A DNA stretch of 64,000 nucleotides from positions 128,001-192,000 of the forward strand of contig CAWDVR010000003.1 in NCBI GenBank assembly GCA_963805975.1, in the 5' to 3' direction. Made by a program: the position numbers and the translations under genes. The notes beneath the pieces are model-generated. The model saw nothing but the letters and a program-made list of their open reading frames with translations, had not been told where the DNA came from and did not search any database. The stretch is from an uncultured Acidobacteriota bacterium (lineage in GTDB: Bacteria > Acidobacteriota > Thermoanaerobaculia > Multivoradales > SZUA-115). This document shows positions 47,309 to 57,021 of the stretch, one piece after another. Within the stretch, counting starts at the first letter, position 1. Each line of letters begins with the position of its first letter.

Positions 47309-47731
47309 GTGATCCGCAGAACGAAGAACGGTGTCCGGTTGACGCGCTTCGAGCTCGAGGTGATGGAGGAGCTCTGGCGGCTGAGCAAGGCGTCGGTACG
47401 CGAGCTGTTGGAGGCGTTGCCGAAGCGGAAACAACCGGCCTACACCACCGTACAAACGATCGTGCGTCGGCTCGAGGAGAAGGGAGCGGTGCGCCAGATC
47501 CGGAAGATCGGCAACGCCCACATCTACGAGCCCCTGGTTTCGAAGCAGGCGGCCTACAGCCGCCTGGTCCACGAGTTTCTGGACCTGTTCGGCGGCTCGG
47601 CGCGGCCGATCATGGCCCATCTGGCCGAGGCGGGCCAGCTCTCGCTCTCCGATCTCCATGAGCTCGAGCAGGTGCTGGCGGCGAGCGACGAGCCGGAAGG
47701 CGCTGGCGAGGTCTTGGAGCAGGCCGTCTAG
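47309..47731 (+). CDS. BlaI/MecI/CopY family repressor
   Basis: ELEVMEELW, AYTTVQTIVRRLEEKG, LFGGS; AGGAGG RBS. Confidence 0.92.
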   Translation: MIRRTKNGVRLTRFELEVMEELWRLSKASVRELLEALPKRKQPAYTTVQTIVRRLEEKGAVRQIRKIGNAHIYEPLVSKQAAYSRLVHEFLDLFGGSARPIMAHLAEAGQLSLSDLHELEQVLAASDEPEGAGEVLEQAV

Positions 47732-47804
47732 CGTCTCTTGTGATTCGTCTCTCGTAGATGGGGGTACGGGGCCGCAGCGGCTCCGAGCGCACCGAGGAGG
47801 CAGG

Positions 47805-49181
47805 GTGATCGACCTCTACCACACGCTTGCGGCGGCCTCGGCCCGCGCCTGGCCCTGGGTCCTCGACCATCTCTGGCAGTCGACACTCTTCGTTCTCGCG
47901 CTGCTCCCCGCGGCGGCGCTCATGAAGCGCGCCCCGGCCGGGCTGCGCTACTCCCTGTCGCTCGCCGCCTCGCTCAAGTTCGCCCTGCCCTCGGTGGTCT
48001 TCTTCCTGGTCGCCATCCGGCTCGCGCCCGAGGTCGGCGGGCTGCTTCCCGCCTCCTCGGTCTTCACCCTGGGCCTGGACCGCTGGCTGGCCTCGTGGAC
48101 CGGTTCGTCGACCGGGGGCCCGCCCTCGGCAGGCCATCTCGGCCTCTACGCCGCGGCAACCGTGATCTGGCTGGCTGGCGCCCTCGCGGTGGCCTGGCGC
48201 TGGCGCCGGCGCACGCTGGCGTTCGTGCGCGTCCTGTCCTCGGCCCGGACCCTGGAGCACGGCGCCGAGGCCGAGCTGCTGGCGGCCGTCCAGGCCCGGC
48301 TGGGCATCCGCCGCCCGGTGCGCCTGGCGCTCCTCGCCGGCGGCGTCGAGCCCGGCGTCTTCCGCGTCTGGCGGCCGGTGCTGGTGCTGCCGGAGGAGAT
48401 GCCGGCCGTGCTCTCCAAGGCGGAGCTCGAGGCGATCTTCCTCCACGAGCTGACCCACGTGCGCCGCTACGACAATCTGGTGGCCTCGCTCCACATGGTG
48501 CTCTGCTGCGTGCTCTGGTTCCATCCCCTGGTCTGGTGGCTGGACCGCCGCCTGCTCGCCGAGCGCGAGGAGGCCTGCGACGAGCGCGTGCTGGCCATGG
48601 GCGGCCGGGCCGAGACCTACGCCCGCAGCCTGGTCAAGGCCGTGGGGCTGGGCCTCGGCTGGCGCCTGGCGGGGGTCTCCTCGGCCAGCGCCTCGAACTT
48701 CCGCCGCCGCATCGAGCGCATCCTCGCCCACCGCGCCATCCGCCGCTCGTCGCTCGCCCAGCGCGCCGTCCTGGCCTCGGTGGTGCCGCTGCTGCTCGCT
48801 TTCTCGGTCGCCTCCGGCACCGGCGCGCCGCCGGCTTCCTCGCCCGAGCAGGCACGGCAGCTCGAAGCCGAGGCGGCGTCGAGCACGGCGGCCGAGAGAA
48901 GCGTGGCGCCGGCACCGGCGCACGCCGCAGCGCCGGTCAAGCTCGCCTGCCGCAACAAGGACAAGTCGAAGCGCTCGGCGCAGCCGTCCCGCGTCGTGCC
49001 GCAGGCGGCCGGGGAAGTTCCCTCGCACCCGTCTCTCGACACCGTCCCGATGCCGGAGGTCCAGGTCGCCACGGTTCCTCTGACCCTCGGCAACCCGTCG
49101 CAGCGGGGGAAGGTCGGCAAGCCGCTGGCCGAAGAGGAGTCGGCGGTCTCCGAAGAGGCCCGCACCGCGGTCGTGCACTGA
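47805..49181 (+). CDS. M56 family (BlaR1/MecR1-like) metallopeptidase
   Basis: HLWQST, HELTHVRRYD, WFHPLVW, EREEACD; GAGGAGG RBS before GTG 47805. Confidence 0.9.
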   Translation: MIDLYHTLAAASARAWPWVLDHLWQSTLFVLALLPAAALMKRAPAGLRYSLSLAASLKFALPSVVFFLVAIRLAPEVGGLLPASSVFTLGLDRWLASWTGSSTGGPPSAGHLGLYAAATVIWLAGALAVAWRWRRRTLAFVRVLSSARTLEHGAEAELLAAVQARLGIRRPVRLALLAGGVEPGVFRVWRPVLVLPEEMPAVLSKAELEAIFLHELTHVRRYDNLVASLHMVLCCVLWFHPLVWWLDRRLLAEREEACDERVLAMGGRAETYARSLVKAVGLGLGWRLAGVSSASASNFRRRIERILAHRAIRRSSLAQRAVLASVVPLLLAFSVASGTGAPPASSPEQARQLEAEAASSTAAERSVAPAPAHAAAPVKLACRNKDKSKRSAQPSRVVPQAAGEVPSHPSLDTVPMPEVQVATVPLTLGNPSQRGKVGKPLAEEESAVSEEARTAVVH

Positions 49182-49191
49182 GGGTTGGTTT

Positions 49192-49887
49192 CTAGCCTTC
49201 GGAAGGCGCTGCGCCTTCCGTCACGGGCTCGATGCAGCGCGGCGAATCGTTGCCCGGCTTGTTGACGAAGCGGGAAACGGGCCAGGTTTCCATCGCGCCG
49301 GCGCTGTACGCCACCAGCAGACTATTCAGCTTCTCGGCCTCTCCCACGGATGGGTCGAGCCACAGGTCGTAGTCCTTCTCCGCCAGGATCACCGGCATGC
49401 GGTCGTGGACCGCGGCGGCGAGGTCGTTGGGCGAGGTGGTGAGGAGAGCACAGGACTGGACCTCCTCGCCCTCGCGGCTCCAGCGCTCCCAGAGACCGGC
49501 AAAGCCAAAAGGCCTTCCCCCATCGACTCGGAAGTAGTACGGCTGCTTGCTGCCGTCCGCGAGCTTCTTCCACTCGTAGTAGCCGTCCGCCAGCACCAGG
49601 CAACGCTGCTTCTTGAAAGCCCAGCGAAACGCCGGCTTCTCGGCCACGGTCTCCGAGCGCGCGTTGATCATCCGGTTGCCGATCGAGGGGTCATCGGCCC
49701 AGCGCGGCACCAGCCCCCACTTGAGGTTCACCAGGGTCCGCTCGCCGCCCTTGCCGTCGACCCGCACGGCAGCCACTTCCTGGGTCGGAGTGATGTTGTA
49801 GCGCGGCCTCGTCTCCACCGGGCCCGGAAGCTCGAAGGCCTCGACGATCGCATCGCCGGGAGCGGTGAGCGTGTAGCGGCCGCACAT
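49192..49887 (-). CDS. SOS response-associated peptidase (SRAP/YedK/HMCES, abasic-site protection)
   Basis: N-terminal MCGRY, RYNITPTQ, INARSET, GYYEW, HDRMP. Confidence 0.95.
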   Translation of the reverse strand: MCGRYTLTAPGDAIVEAFELPGPVETRPRYNITPTQEVAAVRVDGKGGERTLVNLKWGLVPRWADDPSIGNRMINARSETVAEKPAFRWAFKKQRCLVLADGYYEWKKLADGSKQPYYFRVDGGRPFGFAGLWERWSREGEEVQSCALLTTSPNDLAAAVHDRMPVILAEKDYDLWLDPSVGEAEKLNSLLVAYSAGAMETWPVSRFVNKPGNDSPRCIEPVTEGAAPSEG

Positions 49888-49955
49888 CGGATGGAATTGT
49901 ACTGCGACGCCAGGAAGCCAGGATGACCGCCGAGGTAGTACGTACGGCTAGTAGC

Positions 49956-49984
49956 TTGTAGGGCGTACGACTCTCTCGTAAGAT
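49956..49984 (+). promoter_or_regulatory. Sigma-70 promoter and operator of the vapBC-like operon
   Basis: TTGTAG-17 bp-TAAGAT; TACGA-N5-TCGTA inverted repeat in the spacer; ATG 6 nt after -10. Confidence 0.55.
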
Positions 49985-49990
49985 ATAGCG

Positions 49991-50212
49991 ATGAAAGTGA
50001 CCGCCTCCAAGCTCCGCGAGAACGTCTATCGCCTTCTGGACCAAGTGCTCGCCACCGGAGTTCCCATCGAGATCGAGCGCAGGGGGCGCCTGCTCAAGCT
50101 GGTGCCGGTCGAGCCAACCAGCAAGCTCGCCGCGCTCGAGCCGCGACCGTTCCTGGCGGCCGAACCGGAGAGCTTGGTGCACCTCGACTGGTCCGGCGAA
50201 TGGAAGCCGTGA
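49991..50212 (+). CDS. Phd/YefM-family antitoxin
   Basis: MKVTASKLRENVYRLLDQV..IERRG. Confidence 0.85.
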   Translation: MKVTASKLRENVYRLLDQVLATGVPIEIERRGRLLKLVPVEPTSKLAALEPRPFLAAEPESLVHLDWSGEWKP

Positions 50213-50589
50213 TCTACCTGGACACTCATGTGGTCGCCTGGCTCTTCGCCGGCCGGCTGGACCTCTTCCCGGAAGGCGCTCGCCGGCGGCTGGAGCAGAA
50301 CGACCTGCTCGTCTCGCCGATGGTCGCGCTGGAGCTCGAGTACCTGTTCGAGATCCAGCGCACCATCGAGCCCGCGCCCGTGGTGATCGAGGAGCTGCAG
50401 CGGAAGATCGGGCTCAAGATATGCGACCTGCCATTCCCCGCGGTGATCAGCGAGGCCCAGCGCCAGGGGTGGACACGAGACCCATTCGACCGCGTGATCA
50501 CCGGGCAGGCGGCCCTGCGCAAAGCAGCCCTGCTCACCAAGGACGAGCTCATCCGCGAGCACTACTCCCAGGCCGTCTGGGCCGCCTGA
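50209..50589 (+). CDS. vapC: VapC PIN-domain toxin
   Basis: YLDTH, RDPFDR, LLTKD; GTGA overlap with the antitoxin stop. Confidence 0.88.
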   Translation: MIYLDTHVVAWLFAGRLDLFPEGARRRLEQNDLLVSPMVALELEYLFEIQRTIEPAPVVIEELQRKIGLKICDLPFPAVISEAQRQGWTRDPFDRVITGQAALRKAALLTKDELIREHYSQAVWAA

Positions 50590-50610
50590 TCCCCCACCTC
50601 CGGCCTCGCC

Positions 50611-50636
50611 TGCAACCTTCTCGTCCGATTGCCGTT
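50611..50636 (+). promoter_or_regulatory. Putative ECF promoter upstream of the sulfatase-like/TonB receptor pair
   Basis: TGCAAC-N16-CGTT, closely matching 47089-47114. Confidence 0.55.
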
Positions 50637-50717
50637 CCTCTATGTAACCCCCTTGTAACACCCGGGGTTGGGTGTTAGTTTTCTTCCAGCCTAAGCGGAG
50701 GTTTTGGTCTGGGCCGA

Positions 50718-52886
50718 GTGATGGCGCGGTCGCGCCGGCAGCGCGGATTCACCGCCGCGCGCTTGCTCCTGGCGGCGGCGGTGCTCGCGGGGGCTGCCGG
50801 CTGCGGTGGTAGCCCTCCCGGCGGAGCCACAGGCTCGAGGCCCAGCCTTCTCCTCGTCACCCTCGACACCGTACGGGCCGATCACCTCGGAAGCTACGGC
50901 TACGGCGAGGCCGAGACCCCGCACCTCGACCGCCTGGCGCGCCAGGGGCAGCGCTTCGAGCAGGCGATCACCGCGGCGCCGCTGACCCTTCCCGCGCACG
51001 CCACCTTGCTGACCGGCCTCCTGCCGGTGGAGCACGGCCTCCACGGCAACGGCCTCGGCGCTCTGGCCGAGACCACCGAGACCCTGGCCACGCGCCTCGC
51101 CGCCGCGGGCTACCGCACGGGCGCCTTCGTGGGCGCCTTCGTGCTCGACCGCCGCTTCGGCCTGGGACGTGGCTTCGAGGTCTACGACGACGCGATCGAC
51201 CGCTCGGGGCCGGCGGGGGGCAGCCTCGAGGCGGAGCGGGCCGGGAGCGAAGTGGTCGACCGGGCGCTCGCCTGGCTCGGCCAGCCGGACGAGCGGCCCT
51301 TCTTCGCCTGGGTCCACCTCTTCGACGCGCACGCTCCCTACGCACCGGCCGAGCCCTTTGCGGGCCGCCATCCGGGCCGGCCGTACGACGGCGAGATCGC
51401 GGCCGTGGACGCCCAGGTGGGGCGCCTGCTCGAGTGGTTGGCGGCCCGGGGCCCAGCAGGCAACGCCATCGTGGCCGCGGCCGGAGATCACGGCGAGGGC
51501 CTGGGCGATCACGGCGAGCTGACGCATGGCCTGCTGCTCTACGAGGCCACCCTCCGCGTGCCGCTCCTGGTCATGGCGCCGGGCCGGCTTCCCGCCGGGC
51601 GCGTGATCCATACCCCGGTCAGCCTGGCCGACCTGGCGCCCACGCTGGCGTCGCTCGCCGGCCAGCCTTTCACCGCGCCGCCCTCCGAGGCGCCGGCCCC
51701 GACCGTGCCGCGGGGGAGGGACCTCGCCGCCATCCTCGCCGCGGGCGGGGAGCCGCGCGACTCGGAGGTGGTGGCCGAGACCCGCTACCCGGAAGCCTTC
51801 GGCTGGAGCGGCCTGGCGGCGCTGCGCAAGGGGGCGCTCAAGTACATCGCGGCGCCGCGGCCGGAGCTCTACGACCTGGCCGAGGACCCGCGAGAGACCC
51901 GCAACCGGCTGATCGCCCAGGTCGTGCCCTCCGCAGCCGGCTTCGCGCACCGCCTGGCCGAGATCGTGCCGGCTGGGGCCGCAGCACCGGCCGTGGAAGT
52001 GGACCGCGCGACCCGCCAGCGGCTCGCGGCCCTGGGCTACGTGACGCCGCCCGAGGCCCGCCTTCCGGACGGCACTCCACGCCGCGATCCCAAGGACGCC
52101 GTCGAGCTGTTCCGGGGCTTCGAGGAGGCGCACCAGGCACGCACCGAGGGTCGCGCGAAGGACGCGCAGCAGCGGCTCGAGGGGCTGGTGGCCGCCGACC
52201 CGGCGAACTCCGTGTTCCGGGCCGAGCTGGCCGCGGCCCTGCGGGAGACCGGCGACCTCGACAGCGCCGTCGCGTTCTACCGGCAGGCGGTAGCGCTCTC
52301 GCCTGGGGACCCCGACGCCTGGTACAGCCTGGCGACCGCTCTGGCGGAGAAGGGCAATCACGGGGAAGCGCTCGTCGCTCTCGATGCGGCCCTCCAGCAA
52401 GACGCCAAGCGGCCCGATGCGTGGAACGCACTGGGCGTCGCCTACGCGGCCTCCGGCAAGCCGCGGGACGCCGAGGCCGCCCTCGAGAAGGCGGTGGCTC
52501 TCGACCCCCGCAACGCGCGCGCCTGGAACAATCTCGGCAACGCGCGGCGCGACCTGGGCGAGACACCGGCCGCGGTCGAGGCCTACCAGCGCGCCGTGGC
52601 CCTCGCGCCCGACTACGCGGACCCACTCAACGGGCTCGGCACCCTCGAAGTGGCACGCGATCGGCCGGCTGCGGCACTCCCCTATTTTGAGAGGGCCCTC
52701 ACCCTGAACCCGAAACTGCACGAAGTGCGGCTCAACCGCGCGATCTCGCTCGAGCTCTCGGGCGACCGTACGGCGGCGATCACCGCGTATCAGGACTTTC
52801 TTGCCCGGGCCGAGGGCGATCCGTCCTTCGCCCGCGAGCGGCAGGCCGCCGAGCGGCTGCTGGCCCGCTTGACCCGAGGCGGGTAG
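50718..52886 (+). CDS. Sulfatase-like hydrolase/transferase with C-terminal TPRs, probable lipoprotein
   Basis: Lipobox AAGC; TLDTVRAD, LTLPAHATLLTG, HLFDAH, GDHGE; several TPRs. Confidence 0.88.
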   Translation: MMARSRRQRGFTAARLLLAAAVLAGAAGCGGSPPGGATGSRPSLLLVTLDTVRADHLGSYGYGEAETPHLDRLARQGQRFEQAITAAPLTLPAHATLLTGLLPVEHGLHGNGLGALAETTETLATRLAAAGYRTGAFVGAFVLDRRFGLGRGFEVYDDAIDRSGPAGGSLEAERAGSEVVDRALAWLGQPDERPFFAWVHLFDAHAPYAPAEPFAGRHPGRPYDGEIAAVDAQVGRLLEWLAARGPAGNAIVAAAGDHGEGLGDHGELTHGLLLYEATLRVPLLVMAPGRLPAGRVIHTPVSLADLAPTLASLAGQPFTAPPSEAPAPTVPRGRDLAAILAAGGEPRDSEVVAETRYPEAFGWSGLAALRKGALKYIAAPRPELYDLAEDPRETRNRLIAQVVPSAAGFAHRLAEIVPAGAAAPAVEVDRATRQRLAALGYVTPPEARLPDGTPRRDPKDAVELFRGFEEAHQARTEGRAKDAQQRLEGLVAADPANSVFRAELAAALRETGDLDSAVAFYRQAVALSPGDPDAWYSLATALAEKGNHGEALVALDAALQQDAKRPDAWNALGVAYAASGKPRDAEAALEKAVALDPRNARAWNNLGNARRDLGETPAAVEAYQRAVALAPDYADPLNGLGTLEVARDRPAAALPYFERALTLNPKLHEVRLNRAISLELSGDRTAAITAYQDFLARAEGDPSFARERQAAERLLARLTRGG

Positions 52887-53007
52887 CAGAGGCGCGAGAG
52901 GAGGTGAGCGGGTAAGACGAGTCGGCGCGCTTTCCGGTCTCCTCGGATGCCGGTTTCTCAGTGGATGACTTTGACGTGGATGAGCTCGACCTAGAAAAGG
53001 AGATGTG

Positions 53008-55893
53008 ATGGCAGCTACAAGGTTCCGCAAGAGATTTGGTTCATGGTTGGGGCCGATGATGGCCCTGGCGCTGGTGGCGCTCGCGATGGCCCCCGCCGCT
53101 CTCGCGCAGTCCGGCGCCGGCGCCCTCGAGGGCACGGTCATCGACAAGGACGGCTCCGCGCTGCCGGGGGTCACGGTGACGGCGACCAACCCGGAGACCG
53201 GTTTCACCCGCGTCGCCACCACCGAGGCCGACGGCGGCTTCCGCCTCGCCGCGCTGCCGGCGGGCGACTACGAAGTGACCTTCGAGCTCTCCGGCTTCGG
53301 CACCGTGACCCAGGAAGCGGTCAAGGTCAACGTCGCCTCGGCCCGCACGCTCGAGGTGACGCTCTCGGTGGCGACCCTCGAAGAGGCGATCACCGTCACC
53401 AGCGAGGCGCCGCTCATCGCCAGCGAGGCCTCGATGGGCACGGTGGTCTCCCAGAAGGAGCTCGAGAGCCTGCCCTTGAACGGCCGGCAGTTCGCCAACC
53501 TGGCGGTGCTGGCGCCCGGCACCAGCCTGTCCTACAACTCGGACCCCACCAAGCCCGGCCAGTTGACCGTGGCGCTCAACGGCGGCATCGGCAGGAACGT
53601 CAACTACGTGATGGACGGCGGCGACAACACCGACGACACCATCGGCGGCGCGCTCCAGAACTTCAATCTCGAGGCGGTCCAGGAGTTCAAGATCCAGACC
53701 GGGCAGTACAAGGCGGAGTACGGCCGCTCCTCGGGCGGCGTGCTGACGGTGGTCACCAAGACCGGCACCAACAACTTCTCGGGCAGCGTCTACGGCTTCT
53801 TCCGCGACGACAGCCTGAACTCGAAGACCGAGACCGAGAGCAACGCCGGCATCGACAAGCAGCCCTACGAGCGCCAGCAGTTCGGCGGCTCGCTGGGCGG
53901 CCCCATCGTGCGCGACAAGGCGCACTTCTTCGCCACCTACGAGAAGACCGACCGCGAGACGGCGTACACGGTCGACAGCGGCGGCATCGAGCCCGGGCTC
54001 GACGGCCAGTCCTTCGCGCTGCCTTTCGAGGACGAGCTGATCACCGCCAAGGGAACCTACGACGTCAACGCCAAGCAGTATCTCCAGGTGCGCTACGGCT
54101 ACCAGAAGAACGCCGACAAGTACGGCGCCGCCGCGCTCACCGCGCCCGAGACGCTGGGCACGGTGTCGAACGAGTACAGCTCGATCCTCGGTGGCTGGAC
54201 CGCGCAGCTCGGCTCCGACCGCCTGAACGAGTTCGTCTTCCAGTACACCAAGTTCGACAACGTGATCACCGCCGACTCTGTGGCGCCGACCATCTACTAC
54301 CCGAGCGGCTTCACGCGCGGCCAGAACATCAACACGCCGCAGTCGACGCATCAGATCAAGTACCAGTACAGCGACGATTTCAGCTTCTCCACCGATCTCG
54401 GCGGCCGCCGCAACGACTTCAAGACCGGCGTCAACTACATCCACGAGCCGGAGCTCGGCGGCGACTTCTCGACCGGCCTCGCGGGGCAGTACTCGCGCCT
54501 CGCCAACAGCACCAGCGCCCCGATCTCCGACATCACGATCTACGGCGGGTTCTTCGGCGAGTCGACGCCGGTCGACCAGTACAGCGTCTACTTCCAGGAC
54601 GACCTGTACCTGAACGATCGGCTGACCCTCAACCTCGGCTTCCGCTACGACTACTGGGAGGGCTTCGACCTCGACCAGCGGTCGAACCCGATCTGGCAGA
54701 CGCTCTCCACCCAGACCACCTACAACGAGTACTACCTGCGCGACTTCCAGGGCGGCAGGGGCGGCAAGCTCTCGAACGACGACGACAACTACGCGCCGCG
54801 TCTCGGCTTCACCTGGGACGTGAGCGGCGACGGCCGGCGGGTGCTGCGCGGCGGCATCGGTCGCTTCTACGACTTCCCCTACACCAACGCCACCGTCCTC
54901 TTCCCGACCGCCGCCGTGCAGTCGAACTACGGCGTGATCTACAACCACAACGAACCCACCGGCATCACCAACCCCGACGGCTCCTTCTTCCAGCCCGGCC
55001 AGCCGCTGCCGCCGAACGAGCTTCCCGGCGCGGACGTCTTCCCGCCGAACGAGGTCGCGTCGCCGACGCTTGCCACCCCGTACTCGGACCAGATCTCGCT
55101 CGGCTATTCCTGGCAGGTCAACAACTGGCTGGGCCTCAATTTCGAGGCGATCTCGGTGCGCTACCGGGACATCCCGTTCCGCTTCCGCGCCAACCCGGTC
55201 GACCCGGCCACCGGCGAGCGCCGTTTCTCCGACTTCGCCAACTTCCGGCTCTGGTATGGCGACGGTGAGGCCGACTACGACGGTCTGAACATCGGTTTCC
55301 GCGTGCGGCGCGACAACTTCGAGGTGCAGGGCTTCTACACTCTCTCGGAGTCCGAGGGCAACGTGCTCGCCGGCGCCGACGAGTTCCGCCTCACGGACGT
55401 GAACTACCAGCCCAGCCTCACCCAGGGCCGCGACGTGTCGGTGAACCCGCTCGACCCGCTGTGCGGCGCCTGCATCGGCCCGCTCAACACCGACGCCCGC
55501 CACCGCTTCACCCTGGGCGGCACCTACAACGCGCCGTGGGGGATCAACCTCTCCGGCATGCTGCGCTACCGCTCGGCGACGCCCTACACCATTCACTCGG
55601 CCGACGACCTGAACGGCGACGGCTTCCGGCTCGACCTTCCCGCCGGTGTCGACCACGTCAACTCCGAGCGTGGCGACTCCTTCTCGCAGGTCGACCTGCG
55701 GGTGTCGCGTGAGTTCCGCATCTCGGGCGACATGTCGGTCGAGGCGATCGCCGAAGTGTTCAACCTGTTCAACGAGGAGAACCCGGCGCTCTTCATCCCG
55801 GCCGGCAACAGCCTCCAGGCGACGGCCTTCGCCGGCGACCCGCTGCAGGGCGAGCAGCAGTTGATCCAGCTCGGCGTGCGCTTCCGCTTCTAG
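53008..55893 (+). CDS. Oar-like TonB-dependent receptor with N-terminal carboxypeptidase-regulatory-like domain
   Basis: Signal peptide; LPGVTVT, LPLNGRQF, EAVQEFKI, AEYGRSSGG, terminal QLGVRFRF. Confidence 0.92.
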   Translation: MAATRFRKRFGSWLGPMMALALVALAMAPAALAQSGAGALEGTVIDKDGSALPGVTVTATNPETGFTRVATTEADGGFRLAALPAGDYEVTFELSGFGTVTQEAVKVNVASARTLEVTLSVATLEEAITVTSEAPLIASEASMGTVVSQKELESLPLNGRQFANLAVLAPGTSLSYNSDPTKPGQLTVALNGGIGRNVNYVMDGGDNTDDTIGGALQNFNLEAVQEFKIQTGQYKAEYGRSSGGVLTVVTKTGTNNFSGSVYGFFRDDSLNSKTETESNAGIDKQPYERQQFGGSLGGPIVRDKAHFFATYEKTDRETAYTVDSGGIEPGLDGQSFALPFEDELITAKGTYDVNAKQYLQVRYGYQKNADKYGAAALTAPETLGTVSNEYSSILGGWTAQLGSDRLNEFVFQYTKFDNVITADSVAPTIYYPSGFTRGQNINTPQSTHQIKYQYSDDFSFSTDLGGRRNDFKTGVNYIHEPELGGDFSTGLAGQYSRLANSTSAPISDITIYGGFFGESTPVDQYSVYFQDDLYLNDRLTLNLGFRYDYWEGFDLDQRSNPIWQTLSTQTTYNEYYLRDFQGGRGGKLSNDDDNYAPRLGFTWDVSGDGRRVLRGGIGRFYDFPYTNATVLFPTAAVQSNYGVIYNHNEPTGITNPDGSFFQPGQPLPPNELPGADVFPPNEVASPTLATPYSDQISLGYSWQVNNWLGLNFEAISVRYRDIPFRFRANPVDPATGERRFSDFANFRLWYGDGEADYDGLNIGFRVRRDNFEVQGFYTLSESEGNVLAGADEFRLTDVNYQPSLTQGRDVSVNPLDPLCGACIGPLNTDARHRFTLGGTYNAPWGINLSGMLRYRSATPYTIHSADDLNGDGFRLDLPAGVDHVNSERGDSFSQVDLRVSREFRISGDMSVEAIAEVFNLFNEENPALFIPAGNSLQATAFAGDPLQGEQQLIQLGVRFRF

Positions 55894-55920
55894 AGATCTG
55901 GCTTCGAGGCAGTGGGGGAG

Positions 55921-55948
55921 AGGGCGCCGGTGACGGCGCCCTTTTTCT
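55921..55948 (+). terminator. Rho-independent terminator
   Basis: AGGGCGCCG-GTGA-CGGCGCCCT followed by TTTT. Confidence 0.85.
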
Positions 55949-55962
55949 ATGAGGGCGCTGCC

Positions 55963-56856
55963 TCAGCGCTGCCGGTGCCGCCGCGGCGCCGGGCTCTCCT
56001 GGCGCCTGATGACAGGGGCGGCAGGCGCCGGAGGCTCCGTTACCGGCGTCGCGGAGCGCAGCGGCAGGAGCTCCCCCTCGCCCGGATAGCGGATGCGCTC
56101 GAGGAAGAGGCCGGAGGCCGGTGCCGTCCACTCGGCCGGGGTACCGAGGCCGGGGGCCAGCGGGCGCGCCGCGACCAGGCCCTCGAAGGCGGCCAGCGGC
56201 AGCGCGCCGGTGCCAATCCGCACCAGGGCCCCGGTCAACCGGCGCACCATGCGCCACAGGAAGTGGGAGGCGGTGAAGCGCAGCAGGACGAGGGCGCCCT
56301 CTTCGACGATCTCCACGCTCTCCACCTCGACCAGTGTGCTCGCCTGCTCTTCGGCACCCTCGGCGAAGAGGCGGAAGTCGTGGCGGCCGGCGAGGAGCGC
56401 CGCCGCCTGCCGCATTCGGCCGAGGTCCAGGGGATCCTTCACCCACCACACGAAGCGCTTGGCAAAGGCCGTGCGCCGGCGCGAGAGCTGGTAGAGGTAG
56501 GAGCGCGACACGGCTTCGTGGCGGGCGTGGAAGCGGGGCGTCGCGGGGGTGACGGCAAGCACCTGGATGCTGCCCGGCAGGCGCTCCCGGAGCGCGTGCT
56601 CGAGCGCCTCCGGCTGGATCTTCTTCGCCAGCCGCAGGTGCGCCACCTGCCCGAGCGCGTGCACGCCGGCGTCCGTGCGGCCGGCACCGCCGAGCTCGAT
56701 CACCGAGCAGCCCGCGTCCTTGAGCGCCGCCTTGATCTCGCCGGCCACGGTCTTGGCGTTCTTCTGCTCCTGCCAGCCCGAGAAGCGCGTGCCGTCGTAC
56801 TCGACGAGCAGGCGGTAGGTGTTGGGGCTGGCGGCGCGAACGTTCTCTGGTCTCAT
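55963..56856 (-). CDS. truA: tRNA pseudouridine(38-40) synthase
   Basis: EYDGTRFSGWQ, AGRTDAGVHA, FHAR, FLWRMVR, APASGLFL. Confidence 0.92.
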   Translation of the reverse strand: MRPENVRAASPNTYRLLVEYDGTRFSGWQEQKNAKTVAGEIKAALKDAGCSVIELGGAGRTDAGVHALGQVAHLRLAKKIQPEALEHALRERLPGSIQVLAVTPATPRFHARHEAVSRSYLYQLSRRRTAFAKRFVWWVKDPLDLGRMRQAAALLAGRHDFRLFAEGAEEQASTLVEVESVEIVEEGALVLLRFTASHFLWRMVRRLTGALVRIGTGALPLAAFEGLVAARPLAPGLGTPAEWTAPASGLFLERIRYPGEGELLPLRSATPVTEPPAPAAPVIRRQESPAPRRHRQR

Positions 56857-57021
56857 CACGGCGATCCTACCGCGCGGCCTCCGCGCGAACACGGCCGGCA
56901 CGGGTCCGGCCAGAGAAGACGGCCGGCACGGGTCCGGCCGCTACGGTCAGACCTGGTTGCGCGACCTACTTCCGGACGTAGCGGCCGGGCTTGTCCCGGC
57001 CGAGCGATGATGCGAGAGCAA

